From: Heterodontus francisci
Taxonomy: Eukaryota
Direction: 5' to 3'
NCBI RefSeq assembly: GCF_036365525.1
Contig: NC_090377.1
Coordinates: 103,616,265 to 103,680,264, forward strand
Length of the DNA: 64,000 nucleotides
The position numbers and the translations under genes are program-made. Within the stretch, counting starts at the first letter, position 1. Every line of letters begins with the position of its first letter. This document shows, piece by piece, positions 46,978 through 60,800 of the stretch. The notes under the pieces are model-generated. The model had not been told where the DNA came from, did not search any database, and saw nothing but the letters and a program-made list of their open reading frames with translations.

Positions 46978-49225
46978 TTTTTTTATTCGTTCAGGGAAAG
47001 TGGGCATCGCTGGCAAGACCAGCATTTATTGTCCATTCCTCATTGCCCTTGCAAAGGTGGCGGTGAGCTGCCTTCTTGAACCGCTGCAGTCTTTGGGGTA
47101 TAGGTTCACCCACAGTGCTGTTAGGAAGGGAGTTGCAGGATTTTGACCCAACAACAGTGAAGGAACGGTGATATAGTTCCAAGTGAGGATGGTGTGTGGC
47201 TTGGTGGGGAACTTGCAGATGGTGGTGCTCCCATGCACCTGCTGCCCTTGTCCTTCCAGGTGATATAGGTCGTGGGTTTGGAAGGTGCTGTCGAAGGAGC
47301 CTTGGTGAGTTGTTGCAGTACATCTTGTATATGGTACACACTGATGCCACTGTGTGTCAATGGTTGAGGGAGTGACTGTTGAAGATTGTGGATGGGGTGC
47401 CAATCAAGCGGCTGCTTTGTCCTGGATGGTGTCAAGCTACTTGAGTGTTGTTGGAGCTGCACTCATCCAGGCTAGTGGACAGTATTCCATCACACTCCTG
47501 ACTTGTATCTTGTAGATGGTGGGTAGGCATTGGGGAGACAAGAGGTGAGTTACTCGCCACAGAATTCCCAGCCTTCTCTTGCAGCCATAACATTTATGTG
47601 GTTGGTCCAGTTCAGTTTCTGGTCAATGATGACCACAGAATGTTGATACTGGGGGATTCAGCAATGGTAATGCCATTGAAAGTCAAGGGGAGGTTGTTAC
47701 ATTCTTTCTTGTTTGAAAAGGTCATTGCCTGTCACTTGTGTGGCGCAAATGCTACTTGCCACTTATCTGCCCAAGTGTGAATGTTGTCCAGGTCTTGCTG
47801 CACATGGACATGGGCTGCTTCAGTATCTGAGGAGTTGTTAATTGTCAGCAAACATCCCCACTTCTGACCTTATGATGGAGGGAAGGTCATTGATGAAGCA
47901 ACTGAAGATGGTTGGGCCGAGGACACTACCCTCAGGAGCTCCTGCAGTGATGTCCTGGGACTAAGATGATTGGCCTCCAACAACCACAACCATCTTCCTT
48001 TGTGCGAGGTATGACTCCAACTAGCGGAGAGTTTTCCCCGATTCCCATTGATTCCAGCTTTGCTCGGATCCTTGATGCCATACTCAGTCAAATGCTGCCT
48101 TGATGTCAAGAGCAGTCACTCTCACCTCTGGAGTTCAGCTCTTTTGTCTATGTTTGGACAAGGCTCTAATGCGGTCAGGAGTTGAGTGGCCCTGGTGGAA
48201 CCCAAACAGAATGTCAGTGAGCAGGTTATTGCTGAGCATGTGCCGCTTGATAGCACTGTCAACGACCCCTTTCATTACTTTGCTGATGATCGGCAGTAGA
48301 CTGATCGGGCGGTAATTGGCTGGGTTAGATTTGCCCTGCTTTTTATGCACAGGACATATCTGGGCAATTTTCCACAGTTCTGGGTCGATGCCAGTGTTGT
48401 ACCTGTACTGCAACAGCTTGACTAGGGACGCGGCTAGTTCTGGAGCAGAAGTCTTCAGTACTATTGCCAGAATGTTGTCTGGGCCCATAGCCTTTGCAGT
48501 ATCCAGTGCCTTCAGCTATTCCTTGATATCACATCACGTGAATCGGATTGGTTGAACATTGGCATCTGTGATGCTGGTGTCCTCAGAAGGAGGCCAAGAT
48601 GGATCATTCATTCGGTACTTTTGGTTGAAGACAGATGCAAATGCTTCAGCCTTGTCTTTTGCACTGATGTGCTGGGCTCCCCCCATTGTTGAGGATGGGG
48701 ATATTTCTGGAGCCTCCTCTTCCTCCTGTCAGTTTTTTAATTGTCCATCACCATTTCCAAGTGGATGTGACAGGACCGCAGAGCTTAGATCTGATCCATT
48801 GGTTGTGGGATTGCTTAGCCCCTGTCTATTGCATGCTGCTTCCGCTGTTTGGCATGCATGTAGACCTATGTTGTAGCTTTACCAGGCTGCCACCTCATTT
48901 TTAGGTATATGCCTGGTGCTCCTCCTGGCATGCCCTCCTCTACTCTTCATTGAACCACAGTTGGTCCCCTGGCTTGATGGTAATGGTAGAGTGGGAGATA
49001 TGCTGGGCCATGAGGTTACAGATTGTGGTTGAATACAATTCTGCTGCTGCTGATGGCCCACAGTGCCTCTGGATGCCCAGTTTTTAGTTGCTAGATCTGT
49101 TCAAAATCTATCCCATATAGCACAGTAATAGTGACACACAACACGATGGAGGGTATCCTCAATGTGAAGATGGGACATTGTCTCCAGAAGGTCTGTGCAG
49201 TGGTCACTCCTACCAATACTGTCAT
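46978..49225 (-). mobile_element. LINE (second family), about 2.2 kb of ORF2 plus 3' end
   Basis: GPDNILAIVLKTSAPELAASL..WKIAQICPVHKKQGKSNPANYRPISLLPIISKVM (48135-48488). The 3' end matches the copies at 16217 and 27405. Confidence 0.85.
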
Positions 49226-50343
49226 AGATCAGTCCTTCAGACCCAGTCAAGTATCTTTAGGATTTGTCTTTCTTAACCTTGAGTGAGAGTGATTATCTGA
49301 GAAGTACGTCAGATCCAGGGTAGGCCCCAAAAGTGGCTCAGATTATAATCCAATGCAGTTCAACAGCTGTTGGAAGTTCAATGAATCGATCTTTATCCAA
49401 ATGAATGAACAAAAGTTACATCCATTTCTGTCATGCTGCAAGAAATTCTGATATCATGCTACATGTATAATATATAATTAGTTGTTAACTTTGTAGTTAT
49501 AAGGATATGATAGTTTTAGAAACTGAACTGATAGAACTCAGCGAAGATGTATTTTCTTGATGACAGTATGGCAATGCAACGAATATGAAAAGAAGCTAAA
49601 AGCAGAAGTTTGTGAAATTTAGTGAGAAAGGGGCCTGGCATATAAAAGTCTCCCACAAATTAAGCACTTTATAGACAGAATGGTTGATATTTGATTGAAA
49701 CCACTCTGTGTAAATGTACCAGTTTTCTTCCCCTTTTACCCTTTCTCTCTCCCTTTGTTGTCACATCAATAACAAAATGAGGCAAAACCACCACGAAGGT
49801 GATGGTACCATGCTCTAAGTTGTTATTGTTGTTATTATAGTTATTGTTGTTCAAAGTGATGCTTACTGCTGATATTCTGTAACTGTAAGATTTTAGTTTT
49901 TATGAGGGAGACCGGCTTTGCTACTGTAGTCGCAATAAATACTGGCCTTGCCAACAATGCCCAATTTCCATGAACAAATAATAGAAAGAAATATTTGCAT
50001 TTTGATATTTCCTACTTTGCTGTTCTAAATTTATTTTCTTTCACAAAACCACTGCTTCAGATGAAGCAGAGTAAATGGATTGTGTTCAAGAAGAGTGGGA
50101 TTTAAGAATCACAAAGAACATCCAGATTTAATTTATTTCTGCATCATCTGTTATTCAGTTTGAAGATATTCATTAGCTGCAATAAATGTTGTAATTAACA
50201 TGTGACAAGGATACTATATTTTTATAGATGATCCTAAGAGAATCGAAAAAGAAATGAATTACAATAACTGGCAGTCAAAGGGAAGTTTTATTCATGTTCA
50301 GAAATATTTCAGCAACCAAAAAATCATATTTTACAGCTTCAAT

Positions 50344-53300
50344 CTAGAAGTCTCTCATGTGTCTGAAGGATCCAATAGTTGAACAGGAGCCACCCCAGTC
50401 ACTGAATCTCCTGTATTCACCGGGTCTCATGAAGTACTGTCGGCCTCTGTAGTTGGGATGTTCATAGAAGATCCAGTAACCGTCCATCACATGGCAGGAG
50501 TGAATGTCACGGTAACGGAAACGATCATAGACAGATGGACAGTCATCCTGGAATTCCATCATCTGTCCTCCAAAGTCAGGCCTCTCGTAAATCCTCATTC
50601 TGTAGTTTCCACCTTGGTACTGTAATATAACGATACCATTGATCACTGACATTTGTAAATATGCATTCAGTACATGTAGATAGGAGGCTATGTGAGAGAG
50701 TGAAGTTTATCAGTAGGTTCAGAGGATATTTTTAACAATGGAAGCAAAGCTGAGGCAATATCATAAAATCTTCTCAACCAGTTGAATACAGTAGATCCTT
50801 ATGACCATCATGCATCTCTTGACTAAATTTTATTCATCAAATGGTAATAACTTTGGAGATTCCAGTTGTTCCATACAGGGTATTGGTTTCTCTGATCTAT
50901 TTCTTAAAAGGATGAAGATCAGATGATGTCTCTGTAAAGGTTGACTTTTAGATTTTTTTTCATAAATATTAATACTGTAAGGGTAGGAGTGCTAAAATAT
51001 GACCAACAGCAAATCCCAGCACAAACCACCTCAGCCAAGTAGCAGGTGGACCTTGTATTTACTACAGTTCCAATTTATCATTTCGTTTTTAATTCTCAAC
51101 AGTTGATCTGTATGAAGAACTAAATTATCCAAATAAATGCTCACAAAAGACATGCTTTTAATTCCCTTTTATAAATTTTACACAATATGGGCTTAGAAAC
51201 CTCTGCTGTTTATAAAATCGATTGGATGTATGTAGCATACAAGAACATTAGAGATTGGATAAATAAAACCATTGTTTCCACAGAAAACTTGCAAAAGTCA
51301 TTTGATTAAGTACCACTTAGATGACTTATTTGGAAAATTGAAGGATATAATGTTAAAGGAAGACTGAAAACTTGGGTACGTCATTGGTTAAGGGATTGGA
51401 AGCCAGGAGTAGTGGTGAATGGATGTTTTTCTAATTGAAATGACGTATGCAGTGGGGTCCCCCGGATATTGGTATTACAACCATTATTTTTCAAGCTATG
51501 TATAAATGTCCTGGACCTGGGTATAAGGAGTACAATTTAAAAGTGTGTGGATGGTACAAAACTTGATAATGTAGTAAATAGTACACTGGATAGTAGCAAA
51601 CTTCAAGAGGATGTAGACAGACTGGTGAATTGGGAAGAAATATGTCAAATGCAATTTTATGTGAATAAAGGTGAAATGAAGCATTTGGGGAGAAGCAACA
51701 TGTGAGGCAATATAATCTAAATGGTAATATTTTGGAGGGGAGTGCACAAGAACAGCAGGATCTGGGAGTGCATTTTCACAAATCATTGAATGTGGCGGTG
51801 CAAGTTGATAAGACGGTGAAGAAAGTATATGGGATTTGTAAAGAGGGGCATGGAATACAAAAACAAGGAAGTCATGCGAAAACTTTGCAACTCTCTGGAT
51901 AGGCCTCAGCTGCAGCGTTGTGTACAATTCTAAGCACCACATTGTAGGAAGGATGTCAAGGCCCTGAAGAGGACGCAGAGGAGGTTTACAGCATGAGACC
52001 GGGATGAGGGATTTCAGTTAAGTGGAGTGCCAGGAGAATCTAGGATTGTTCTCCTTAGAGCGGAGAAGGTTATTGAAGCATTTTAATAGAGCATGTCAGG
52101 AGAAACTGTTTCCATTTGCAAGTGCATCGGTAACCAAAGGTCACAGATTTAAAATGGTTGGCAAAAGACTAGGGGAGAAATTGTTACACACACAGAGCAC
52201 AACATTAGTTTTCACATGTATGTTGACAACACCCAGCTCTACCTCAACACCATCTCTCTCACTGTTGCTAATTATCAGACTATTTATCTGATATCCAGCA
52301 GAAATTTCCTCCAATTAAATATTGAGAAAACTGACAATATAGTGTTCGGTCCCTGATCCAAACCCCATTCCCTAGCTACCGACTCCACCCCTCTCCCTGG
52401 CAACTGTCTGAGACTGAACCACACCATTCACAAATTTGTTATCACATTTGTCCCCAAGATGATCGCCGAACACATATCCACGCCAACGCTAAGACCGCAT
52501 ATTTCCACCTCCATAACATCGCCCAACTTCACCCCTGTTTCAGCTCACCTGCTACTGAAACCCTCATTCATGCCTTTGTCACCTCTAGACTTGACTATTC
52601 CTGGCTGGTCTCCCACATTTTACCCTCCATAAACTTGAGGTCATCCAAAACTCTGCTGCCAATGTCCTTACTTGCACCAAGTCCTGTTCACCTATCACCC
52701 CTGTGCTCGCTGATCTACATTGTCTTCCAGCAAATCAAAATTCTCATCATTGTTTTCAGATCCTTCCATGGTCTCAGCCTTCCCTATCACTGTAATCTTC
52801 TGCAACCCAACAAACCTCCGAGAGATCTGTGCTCATCTAATTCTGGCCTCCTGTGCAAACCTGATTTTAATCCTTCCACCATTGGTGGCCGTGCCTTCAG
52901 ATGCCTAGGCCCTAAGCTCTGGAGTTCCCTCCCTACACCTCTCTGTCTCTCTAACACTCTTTCTAGATGCTCCTTAAAGCCTACCTGTTTGACTAAGGTG
53001 TGGTCACCTGCCCTAATACCTCCTTATGTGACTCCATGTCTAATTATGCTTTGTAATGCACCTGTAAAGTGCCTTGGGACATTTTATTACATTAAAGGCA
53101 CAATATAAATATTAGTTGTTGCTGTTGTTGGATGTTCTAATCTGGAATGCAGGATCTGAAATCAGAATCCACAGGAAGAATAAGATTCCACAGGAGCTTT
53201 GAAAAGCTAATTGTCTATGTATTTGAAGAGAACTGATCTGCAGGGTTATGAGAAAAAGATCTGTGGTGTGGGATTAAATTGGACAGCACTTTCAGAGAGC

Positions 53301-54429
53301 TGGCACAGGCACAATGGGCCAAATGGCCTCCATCTATGCTGTAAGATTCTATGATTTATGACACCTAAAAACCCTATTAATGTGTGCAGTGATCAATTTC
53401 TAGTGCTCAGTCGGTAGTTAAAAAGGTGAGTTCATTGTTAACCTTTGCCTCAAGAGGGTTGAAATACAAAGGGGTGGAATTTATGCTACAGCTGTGCAGA
53501 GCTCTGGTGAGACTCCATCTGGAGTATTGTATTCATTACTGGGCACAGTCTCTATGCAAGGATAAATTAGACTTGGAGAAAGTGCAGCGCCTATTGACCA
53601 GAATGATGTCGGGGTTAAAAGAGTTATGTTATGAGGAGAGATTGCTTAGACTAGGCTGTTATTCCATTGAAGATAGAAGATTAAGTTGCGTTTAAGATAA
53701 TTAAAGCAAATGATAGTCTATATAGAGAGAAACTATTTCCTACGGTGTAAAATTTCAAAACAAGGGAAAACAAAAATAAAATTTGAGCTCGGCCACTGAG
53801 GGACGATGTTAGAAAGTACTTCTTCACAGAAACAATAGTGGAAATCTGGAACTCTTACCCCCAATAAGCTGTTGAGTCTAGGTCAATTGAAAATTTCAAA
53901 ACCGACATTGATAGATTTCTGTTCGGCAATGGTATTAAAGGTTCTGGAACCAAGGCAGTAGATGGAGTTGAAATAGATCAACCCAAATTTATTTGAATGG
54001 TAGAACAGGTTTGAAGGGCAGAACAGCCTTTCCCAGTTCTTACTTTCCAATGATCCTACAAACACAAATCATCAAACTGTAACTCACATATGGGTAGCTG
54101 CGACATGACCTGATGCTGTCATTGAATCCCATCCAGCGCTGGTAGTCAGGATATTCTCCCCTGCTCAGAACATACTGGTATCCCATGTAATTGGGTCTCT
54201 CATACACCACCCACCAGTCACTGTCAACACGGATGGAGTTACAGCGGCTGAAGTAAGGGGACAGGTCAGCACAGTCACTACTGCACTCATAGTGCCGACC
54301 CTGGAAGTTCCTGTCCTCGTAAAAGATGATCTGAAAAAGCAAAAGTTTGGAAGTCAATTTCTTAAACTAAGAGACATTTAGCAAATCATTACAATGTAAC
54401 AAAATGCAAGTTTCGCTTACCTTTCCCAT
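50344..54429 (-). CDS. crygm: Gamma-crystallin (gammaM-like) gene F, 175 aa; exons 54421-54429, 54088-54330, 50344-50619
   Basis: MGK | [53 protein letters not shown] | [50 protein letters not shown] introns of 90 and 3468 nt. AATAAA at 50287-50292. Confidence 0.95.
51290..54040 (+). mobile_element. Nested LINE debris in intron 2 of gene F: CR1 (about 51290-52190 and 53130-53360) split by L2 (about 52200-53130), then a second CR1 (about 53410-54040)
   Basis: CR1 motifs ([12 protein letters not shown]; [13 protein letters not shown]). L2 motifs [11 protein letters not shown] and [14 protein letters not shown]. All antisense to the gene. Confidence 0.8.
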
Positions 54430-54479
54430 TTTTAATTCACAGCTTATTAACTGACTGAATGTTTCACTGCTTCACACAG

Positions 54480-54575
54480 CTTGGTATTTATAAGCTGAGC
54501 AGAGAGGCCTCGCTGGCTGTACTTTTGTCATTTTAATGTTTCAGGACTGAAAATCAGCAAAAATGAACAAAACAC
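54480..54575 (-). promoter_or_regulatory. Promoter of gene F
   Basis: TATAAATA at 54485-54492 and a half-MARE at 54554-54559 next to TTTTGTTC. Near-identical to the gene D promoter. Confidence 0.7.
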
Positions 54576-55069
54576 TGGGTGCAGAAAACACCTGAAATGT
54601 ACAATGTGCCAACGATGCTTTCCTTTTTGCTTTCCTGCCATTTGAATTGTTTGTGAACAAGAAACAAAGAATACTGTGTTCTTCTGTATCAGAGTTCCAT
54701 TGAATTTTTGAAAAAATTATCCCTGTAAAGTCAGACAATTCTATTTGCAACAGTGCAATGTAGCTCCCAAGTTGATTAAATTTGGGACAAAGTAAATCAA
54801 CAGTAAGTTAGATTGCTTTTACTGTTCCAATCATTCAGTTGAACACTTAGCTGCAAAAAAAGGGGGAAAAAGCTCGTAAATGATGTTGAACAATGAAGCA
54901 AAAGATGAAGCTGGGAATTGTAGGTCAGTTCACACATCACCTATAATTGGGAAGTTATGAAAAATAGTTTGATATTTGGCCATCTAAAGAACATAGATGC
55001 TATTAGGAGTAATCAGCATGGATTTTAAAGAAAGTAGTTTTGTTTCACAAAGCTGTCAAAATTCTACAT

Positions 55070-55830
55070 CAGTGTTGTCCAATCGGATTTCGATGCTCTC
55101 CAAACTTGTGGTGGTCAGATCATCATATTTGCCACATGATACAAAATATATGCAATGTTCATAAAACAAATGCACAATCTTTTGAAAATAGATTTGACGG
55201 TTTAAACTGTCATCAATCAAGACCGATACAATGTAAAACCAAATAACTTTAGGAGTTTAGCATGATGCACAGCAAAATACGGACCTATTACTTATCTAGA
55301 AAAAAGCATCGGCAGGAGTATGCATGTACAGACAAAATAAACATAGCATAATAGTCAGACACTGCATTTATTATTGAAAATGTAAACGTTCAGAGCAACA
55401 CATTGCAATTTTTTTTCTTGCATCAACATCCTGAAATCGGGCAGAAACATTTTGCAGACAGAGCATCTCAACTCTACCTCCAGATTCACATCCAGTTATC
55501 TATCTGCGAGCGGTACTTCGACTTCATGAACGTTACTGCAGAAAAAGTGGATTCACAGAATCACTTTGAGCCAAACTAATCTTCCTTCAAAAGCCAACTC
55601 GACAGCAGCAAGGTAGATTCATCTTTCAGTTGATGATTGATCTAGCTTTGAAGTGAAAGCAAGTCCAGTTCGAAACCATGCCTGTCCAGGGAGAGTGCAC
55701 TGACGAGCCCTTGAGATACTTGAGAATTGTAGATGTCAAAGTGAGCCCGAAACTTTCAAAATTAGAGAAGCACTTGTCAAATTTGCTGAGCAGATTCACC
55801 TATCAATTCACATAGCACTGCCAGTCAAAA
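55070..55830 (-). mobile_element. hAT-family transposon remnant (end plus transposase C-terminus)
   Basis: CAGTGTTGTCCAA terminus at 55070. The minus strand reads FGSK*FCESTFSAVTFMKSKYRSQID, resembling the hAT dimerisation motif FGSTYxCExxFS..KSKYRS. Confidence 0.65.
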
Positions 55831-56159
55831 TCAGCATCTTCCACAGACCGCTGCAGATTTGGAAAGTGCGTGAAATCCTGATCCTTCGGGCGGCAATTAC
55901 GCGACCTGTCGCCACATTTTACATAATGGAAGCGCTGATCACATGGTGGGGGCGGGAAGTGAGACACCGATTACTGCATCAGTTGACAGCTGATCAGGTG
56001 CTGGTGCCATCTTTAAAAGTTTACCATCCCTGTACTCACTCCTGCCTTGTAGTCTACAGAAGGTCTGTTTACTGTGAGGCATAAAAGTTCACAAAACTGT
56101 TTCCTACATCACCTAACCCGCCGAGGAAGAGTGAACAGGATGGCAGAGGTTAGACCCCA

Positions 56160-57416
56160 AGGGTGGCCCCACGGTTCAGTGATGCCTCCCTGCAGATTCT
56201 CCTCCAGGCTGGAATGGAAAGACGGGAGGTTCTCTTCCCCAGCAAAGTCGCAAAGAGGTCCCCCTGCCTGACCAAGGAAGCCTGGTGGAGATCACTGAGG
56301 AGGTCAGCAACCATGGGGTCACCCAATGCAACTGGGTCCAGTGCAGGAAGAGGATCAACGACCTCCTGCATTCTGCCAAGATGAGTGCTCCTTACCATTC
56401 TCCTTCTTGGGGATTGCATGTGACTCTGCGGAAGGGTGCACGACAAGGGGAGGGTGGCACACCATGGTGATGGGAGAGAGGCTCAGGTTTCATCTGATCA
56501 TGACAAATGCATGACTGCATCTGAGCTACACACCACCTTCATTCATAGCTCAACTCAAGCAAATCCCAGGACAGCGTATGTCAGCAGGAGATATATCAGA
56601 TCCCCCATTTGGTGACGAGGAGCCCATAGTAGCAGAACTGTCATGGTGATACTTATGAAAATTTATAATTTCTCTAACCTCCCTCTTGCAGGAGAAGATG
56701 GCCCATAACAGAAGGGAGGCATCCAAGACTGCTGGAGGGGTCCCTGACATATTTCCTCTCAACCAGGCCAAGGAAGAGGCTTTAGTGCTGGTGGGAGCCA
56801 AGGCAGACATGCTATATCTGATGAGAAAACTGGAATCCCTGCGCAAGAGAGTGATTATTGCCGTTCATCGAAAAATTCATGAATTATGGAGAACCACACC
56901 AGACATGTTTGGCATTATGGGGTATGTACAGCCTAACCCACACAGGTTTCTGTTCTCTCATGCAGTTCGGTGTTTGTAGGTGACTGCAGCTACAGAGGGA
57001 CATCTGTCAACCTCAGAGGAGGAGGACCACTCAGAGCATGCACCATCCCATGACTTTCCTGCATCTTCCACCAGTGCAGATACTTTCACCTCATGGGTAA
57101 TCAATCGGCATTAGAATCAGGGGCACAAGCTGGTGAGAGCACTGCACATGGGCCAGAGCAGCTAGCTGAAGCTGAGACAGCTGAGGCCACTGACAGTCGG
57201 AGGACTGTGGGTGGCCAGGCCCATGCTGAGCTCCAGGCTGATGACAAGCATCTGGTGTTGACAGCACAGGGCATGCTGGAGTTGCGGGGAGAAGTAAGGC
57301 AACATCTGTCAGAGCTGCCAGAGGCCATGCGCAACCATGAGGTGGAGGAGTCCATCCATGCCATGAGTGCTGCCATGTCTCAGGCATGTGAGCACATGAA
57401 GGTGAGTCTGCCTTAG
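56160..57416 (+). mobile_element. Harbinger Myb/SANT-like (NAIF1/MSANTD-type) gene remnant, spliced
   Basis: APRFSDASLQILLQAGMERREVLFP..TKEAW(fs)EITEEVSNHGVTQCNWVQCRKRINDL, with the next exon EKMAHNRREASKTAGG. Confidence 0.78.
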
Positions 57417-57806
57417 ATTCTCAGTGAGCGGACATCAGGGTGGATGAAAGCAGGTCATTGTCAGGTTGTCTCTTGTCTCCTTTGTATGTCGCTCAACATG
57501 TCTGGCCTCCATCACTGTTTTCTCATCATCCATTGTTGCTTGCACCTGTCTCTCCTCTGTATCTTCTGCATTGGAGGATGATTGTTGCTCAGGCATCTCT
57601 TCCTCATGTAAGGCCTCCCCGCTCTATAGTACTAGATTGTGCAGAGCACAGCAGACTACCATGATATGTGGAACCCTCAACAGGGCTTACTGTAGGGCTC
57701 CACCAGATCGACCATAGCAGCAGAACCTCATCTTCAGCAACCCAACGGCCTGCTCGATGGTCGCTCGAATGGAAACATGTTGTACCTCTCCTCCGCAGCA
57801 CTGCAA

Positions 57807-60800
57807 AGAACATAATAAGAACTAGGAGCAGGAGTAGGCAATTCAGCCCCTCGAGCCTGCTCCGCCATTCAATACGATCATGGCTGATCTTATCTCGGCC
57901 TCAACTCCACTTTCCTGCTCCTTCTCCATAACCCTTCAACCCATTTCTAATTAAAAATCTGTCTATCTCCTCCTTAAATTTACCCAATGTCCGGCATCCA
58001 CCGCACTCTGGAGTAGTGAATTCCATCGATTCATGACCCTTTGAGAGAAGTAATTTCTCCTCATCTATGTTTTAAATCTGCTACCCCTTATCCTAAAACT
58101 ATGACCTCTCATTCTAGATTGCCCCACAAGAGGAAACATCCTCTCTATGTCTACTTTGTCAATCCCCTTAATCATCTTATATACCTCAATTAGATCTCCT
58201 CTCATTCTTCTATACTCTAGACAGTAGAGGCCTAAAGTGCTCAATCTCTCTTCATAAGACAAGCCCTCCATCTCTGGAATCAATCTAGTGAACCTCCTCC
58301 GAACTGCCTCCAATGCAACTACAACCTTTCTCAAGTAAGGAAACCAAAACTGTATGCAATACTCCAGGTGCAGTCTCACTAATGCCTTGTACAGTTGCAG
58401 CAACACTTCCCTACTTTTATACTATATTCCTTTAGCAATAAATGCCAAAATTCCATTTGCCTTCCTTATCACCTGCTCTACCTGCAAACTAGTTTTCTGC
58501 GATTCATACACGAGGACACCCAGATCCTTCTGCACTGAAGCATTTTGAAGTTTCTCTCCATTTAGATAACAATTTGCCTTTCTATTCTTCCAACCAAAAT
58601 GGATAACCTCACACATGTTAAAATCCATCTGTCAAATTTTGGCCCATTTATCTAATCTATCCATATCCATTTTTAGATTTCTTGTTTCCTTATTGTAACT
58701 TACTGTCCCACCTATTTTAGTGTCATCTGCAAATTTGGCTATAGTACTTTCTATCCCTGCATCCAAGTCATTTATATAGATTGTAAATCGTTGGGGCCCG
58801 AGGACCACTAGTTACATCTTGCCAACCAGAAAAAGACCCATTTATCCCAACTCTCTGTTTTCTGTTGGTTAGCCAATCTTCTATCCAAGCTAATAAATTG
58901 CCCCTAACCCCATGCGATTTTACCTTGTGTATTAACTTTTTGTGCAACACCTTATCAAATGTCTTCTGGAAGTCCAGATATATTACATCTACAGGATCCC
59001 CATTATCCACTTTACTTGTTCATCTTCTAAGAACTCTAGCAAATTAGTCAAACACGATTTACCATTCATAACACCATGCTGATGCTGATGGATTGCGTTT
59101 GACTTTCTAAATGTCCTGTTATTACTTCCTTAATAATGGATTCTAATAATTTCCCAACGACAGATGTTAAACTAACTGATCTATAGTTTCCTGCTTTCTG
59201 CCTCCCTTTTTGAATAAGGGCATTACATTAGCTTTTTTCCAATCCACTGGAACCTTTCCCGTATCCAGAGAATTTTGGAATATTATAACCAATGGATCCA
59301 CCATCTCCACTGCCACTTCCTTTAAGACCCTAGGATGTAGGCCATCAGGCCCTGGGGACTAGTCTGCCTTCAACCCCAATAGTTTGCTCAGAACTTTTTC
59401 TCTAGTGATGATGATTGTTCTAAGTTCCTCTCTATCTCTAACCTCTGCTTTACCTGATACTATTGGGATGGTACTAGTGTCCTCCACCATGAAAACTGAA
59501 GCAAAATACTAATTTAGTGTCTCTGTCATTACTGTGTTCCCTTCTATTAACTCCCCAGTCTCATCCTCCAAAGGACCAACATTCTCTTTAGCTGCTCTCT
59601 TCCCTTTTATATACTTATAGAAGCTTTTGCTATCCGTTTTTATATTTTGCGCTAGTTTTCTTTCACCTTTGCTCTTTTTATTACTTTTTTAGTAACCCGT
59701 TGTTGATCTTTAAAAGTTTCCCAATCTTCCAGCCTGCCACTGGCCTTTGCAATATGGTATGCCTTAGGTTTTGTCTTTATGTGATCTTTAACTTCCTTGC
59801 TTAGCCATGGATGTTTATTCCCCCTCGAGAATCTTTCTCACTGGAATATATTTTAGTTGGGATAAATTGAATATCTCCTTAAACATCTGCCACTGCTCAT
59901 CAATTGTCCTACCTTGTAGTCTTCCTGCCTAGTCCACGAGGGCTAAATCTGACCTCATGTCTATATAATTACCTTTGTTTAACTCCAGAACACTCGTGTG
60001 GGACTCCAGCTTCTCGCCCTCAAACTGAATTTGAAATTCTAGCATGCTATGATCACTTTTCCCTAGAGGATCCTTAACAAAGAGATCATTTATTAATCCC
60101 ACCTCATTACACAACATCAGATCTAGAATAGCCTACTCCCTGGTTGGTTCCACAACATATTGCTCCAAAAAACAATCTCTAATATATTCAATGAACTCTC
60201 CCTTGAGGCTACACTTGCCAATTTGACTAATCCAGTCTATATGCATATTAAAATCACTAATGATTATTGCCGTACCTTTCTTACAAGCCCCCAGTATTTC
60301 CTAGTTTATACTGTGCCCCACTGCGGAACTACTGTTTGGGGACCTATAGATTACTCCCACCAGTGACTTCTTTCCCTTGCTAATTTTTATTTCTACCCAG
60401 ACTGATTCTACGCCTTGATCTCCAGTGCCTATATCATTTCTCACTGCAGCACTGATCTCTTCCTTTACTAACAAAGCTACACCACCTCCTTTTCCTTCCT
60501 GCCTATCCTTCCGAAATACTGAATACCCTTGGATATTCAATTCCCAAACCTGGTTTCCCTGCAACCATGTCTCAGTAATCGCCACTAAATCATCTCTATT
60601 TGCACTGTTAACTCATTTATTTTATTCTGAATTCTTCGTGCATTCAGATACAAAGCCTTTAAGTTTGTTCCATTATTAAATTTCCCTCATTTGGGCCTCC
60701 TTATCTCGAGAGACAATGGATACGCGCCTGGAGGTGGTCAGTGGTTTGTGAAGCAGCGCCTGGAGTGGCTATAAAGGCCAATTCTGGAGTGACAGGCTCT

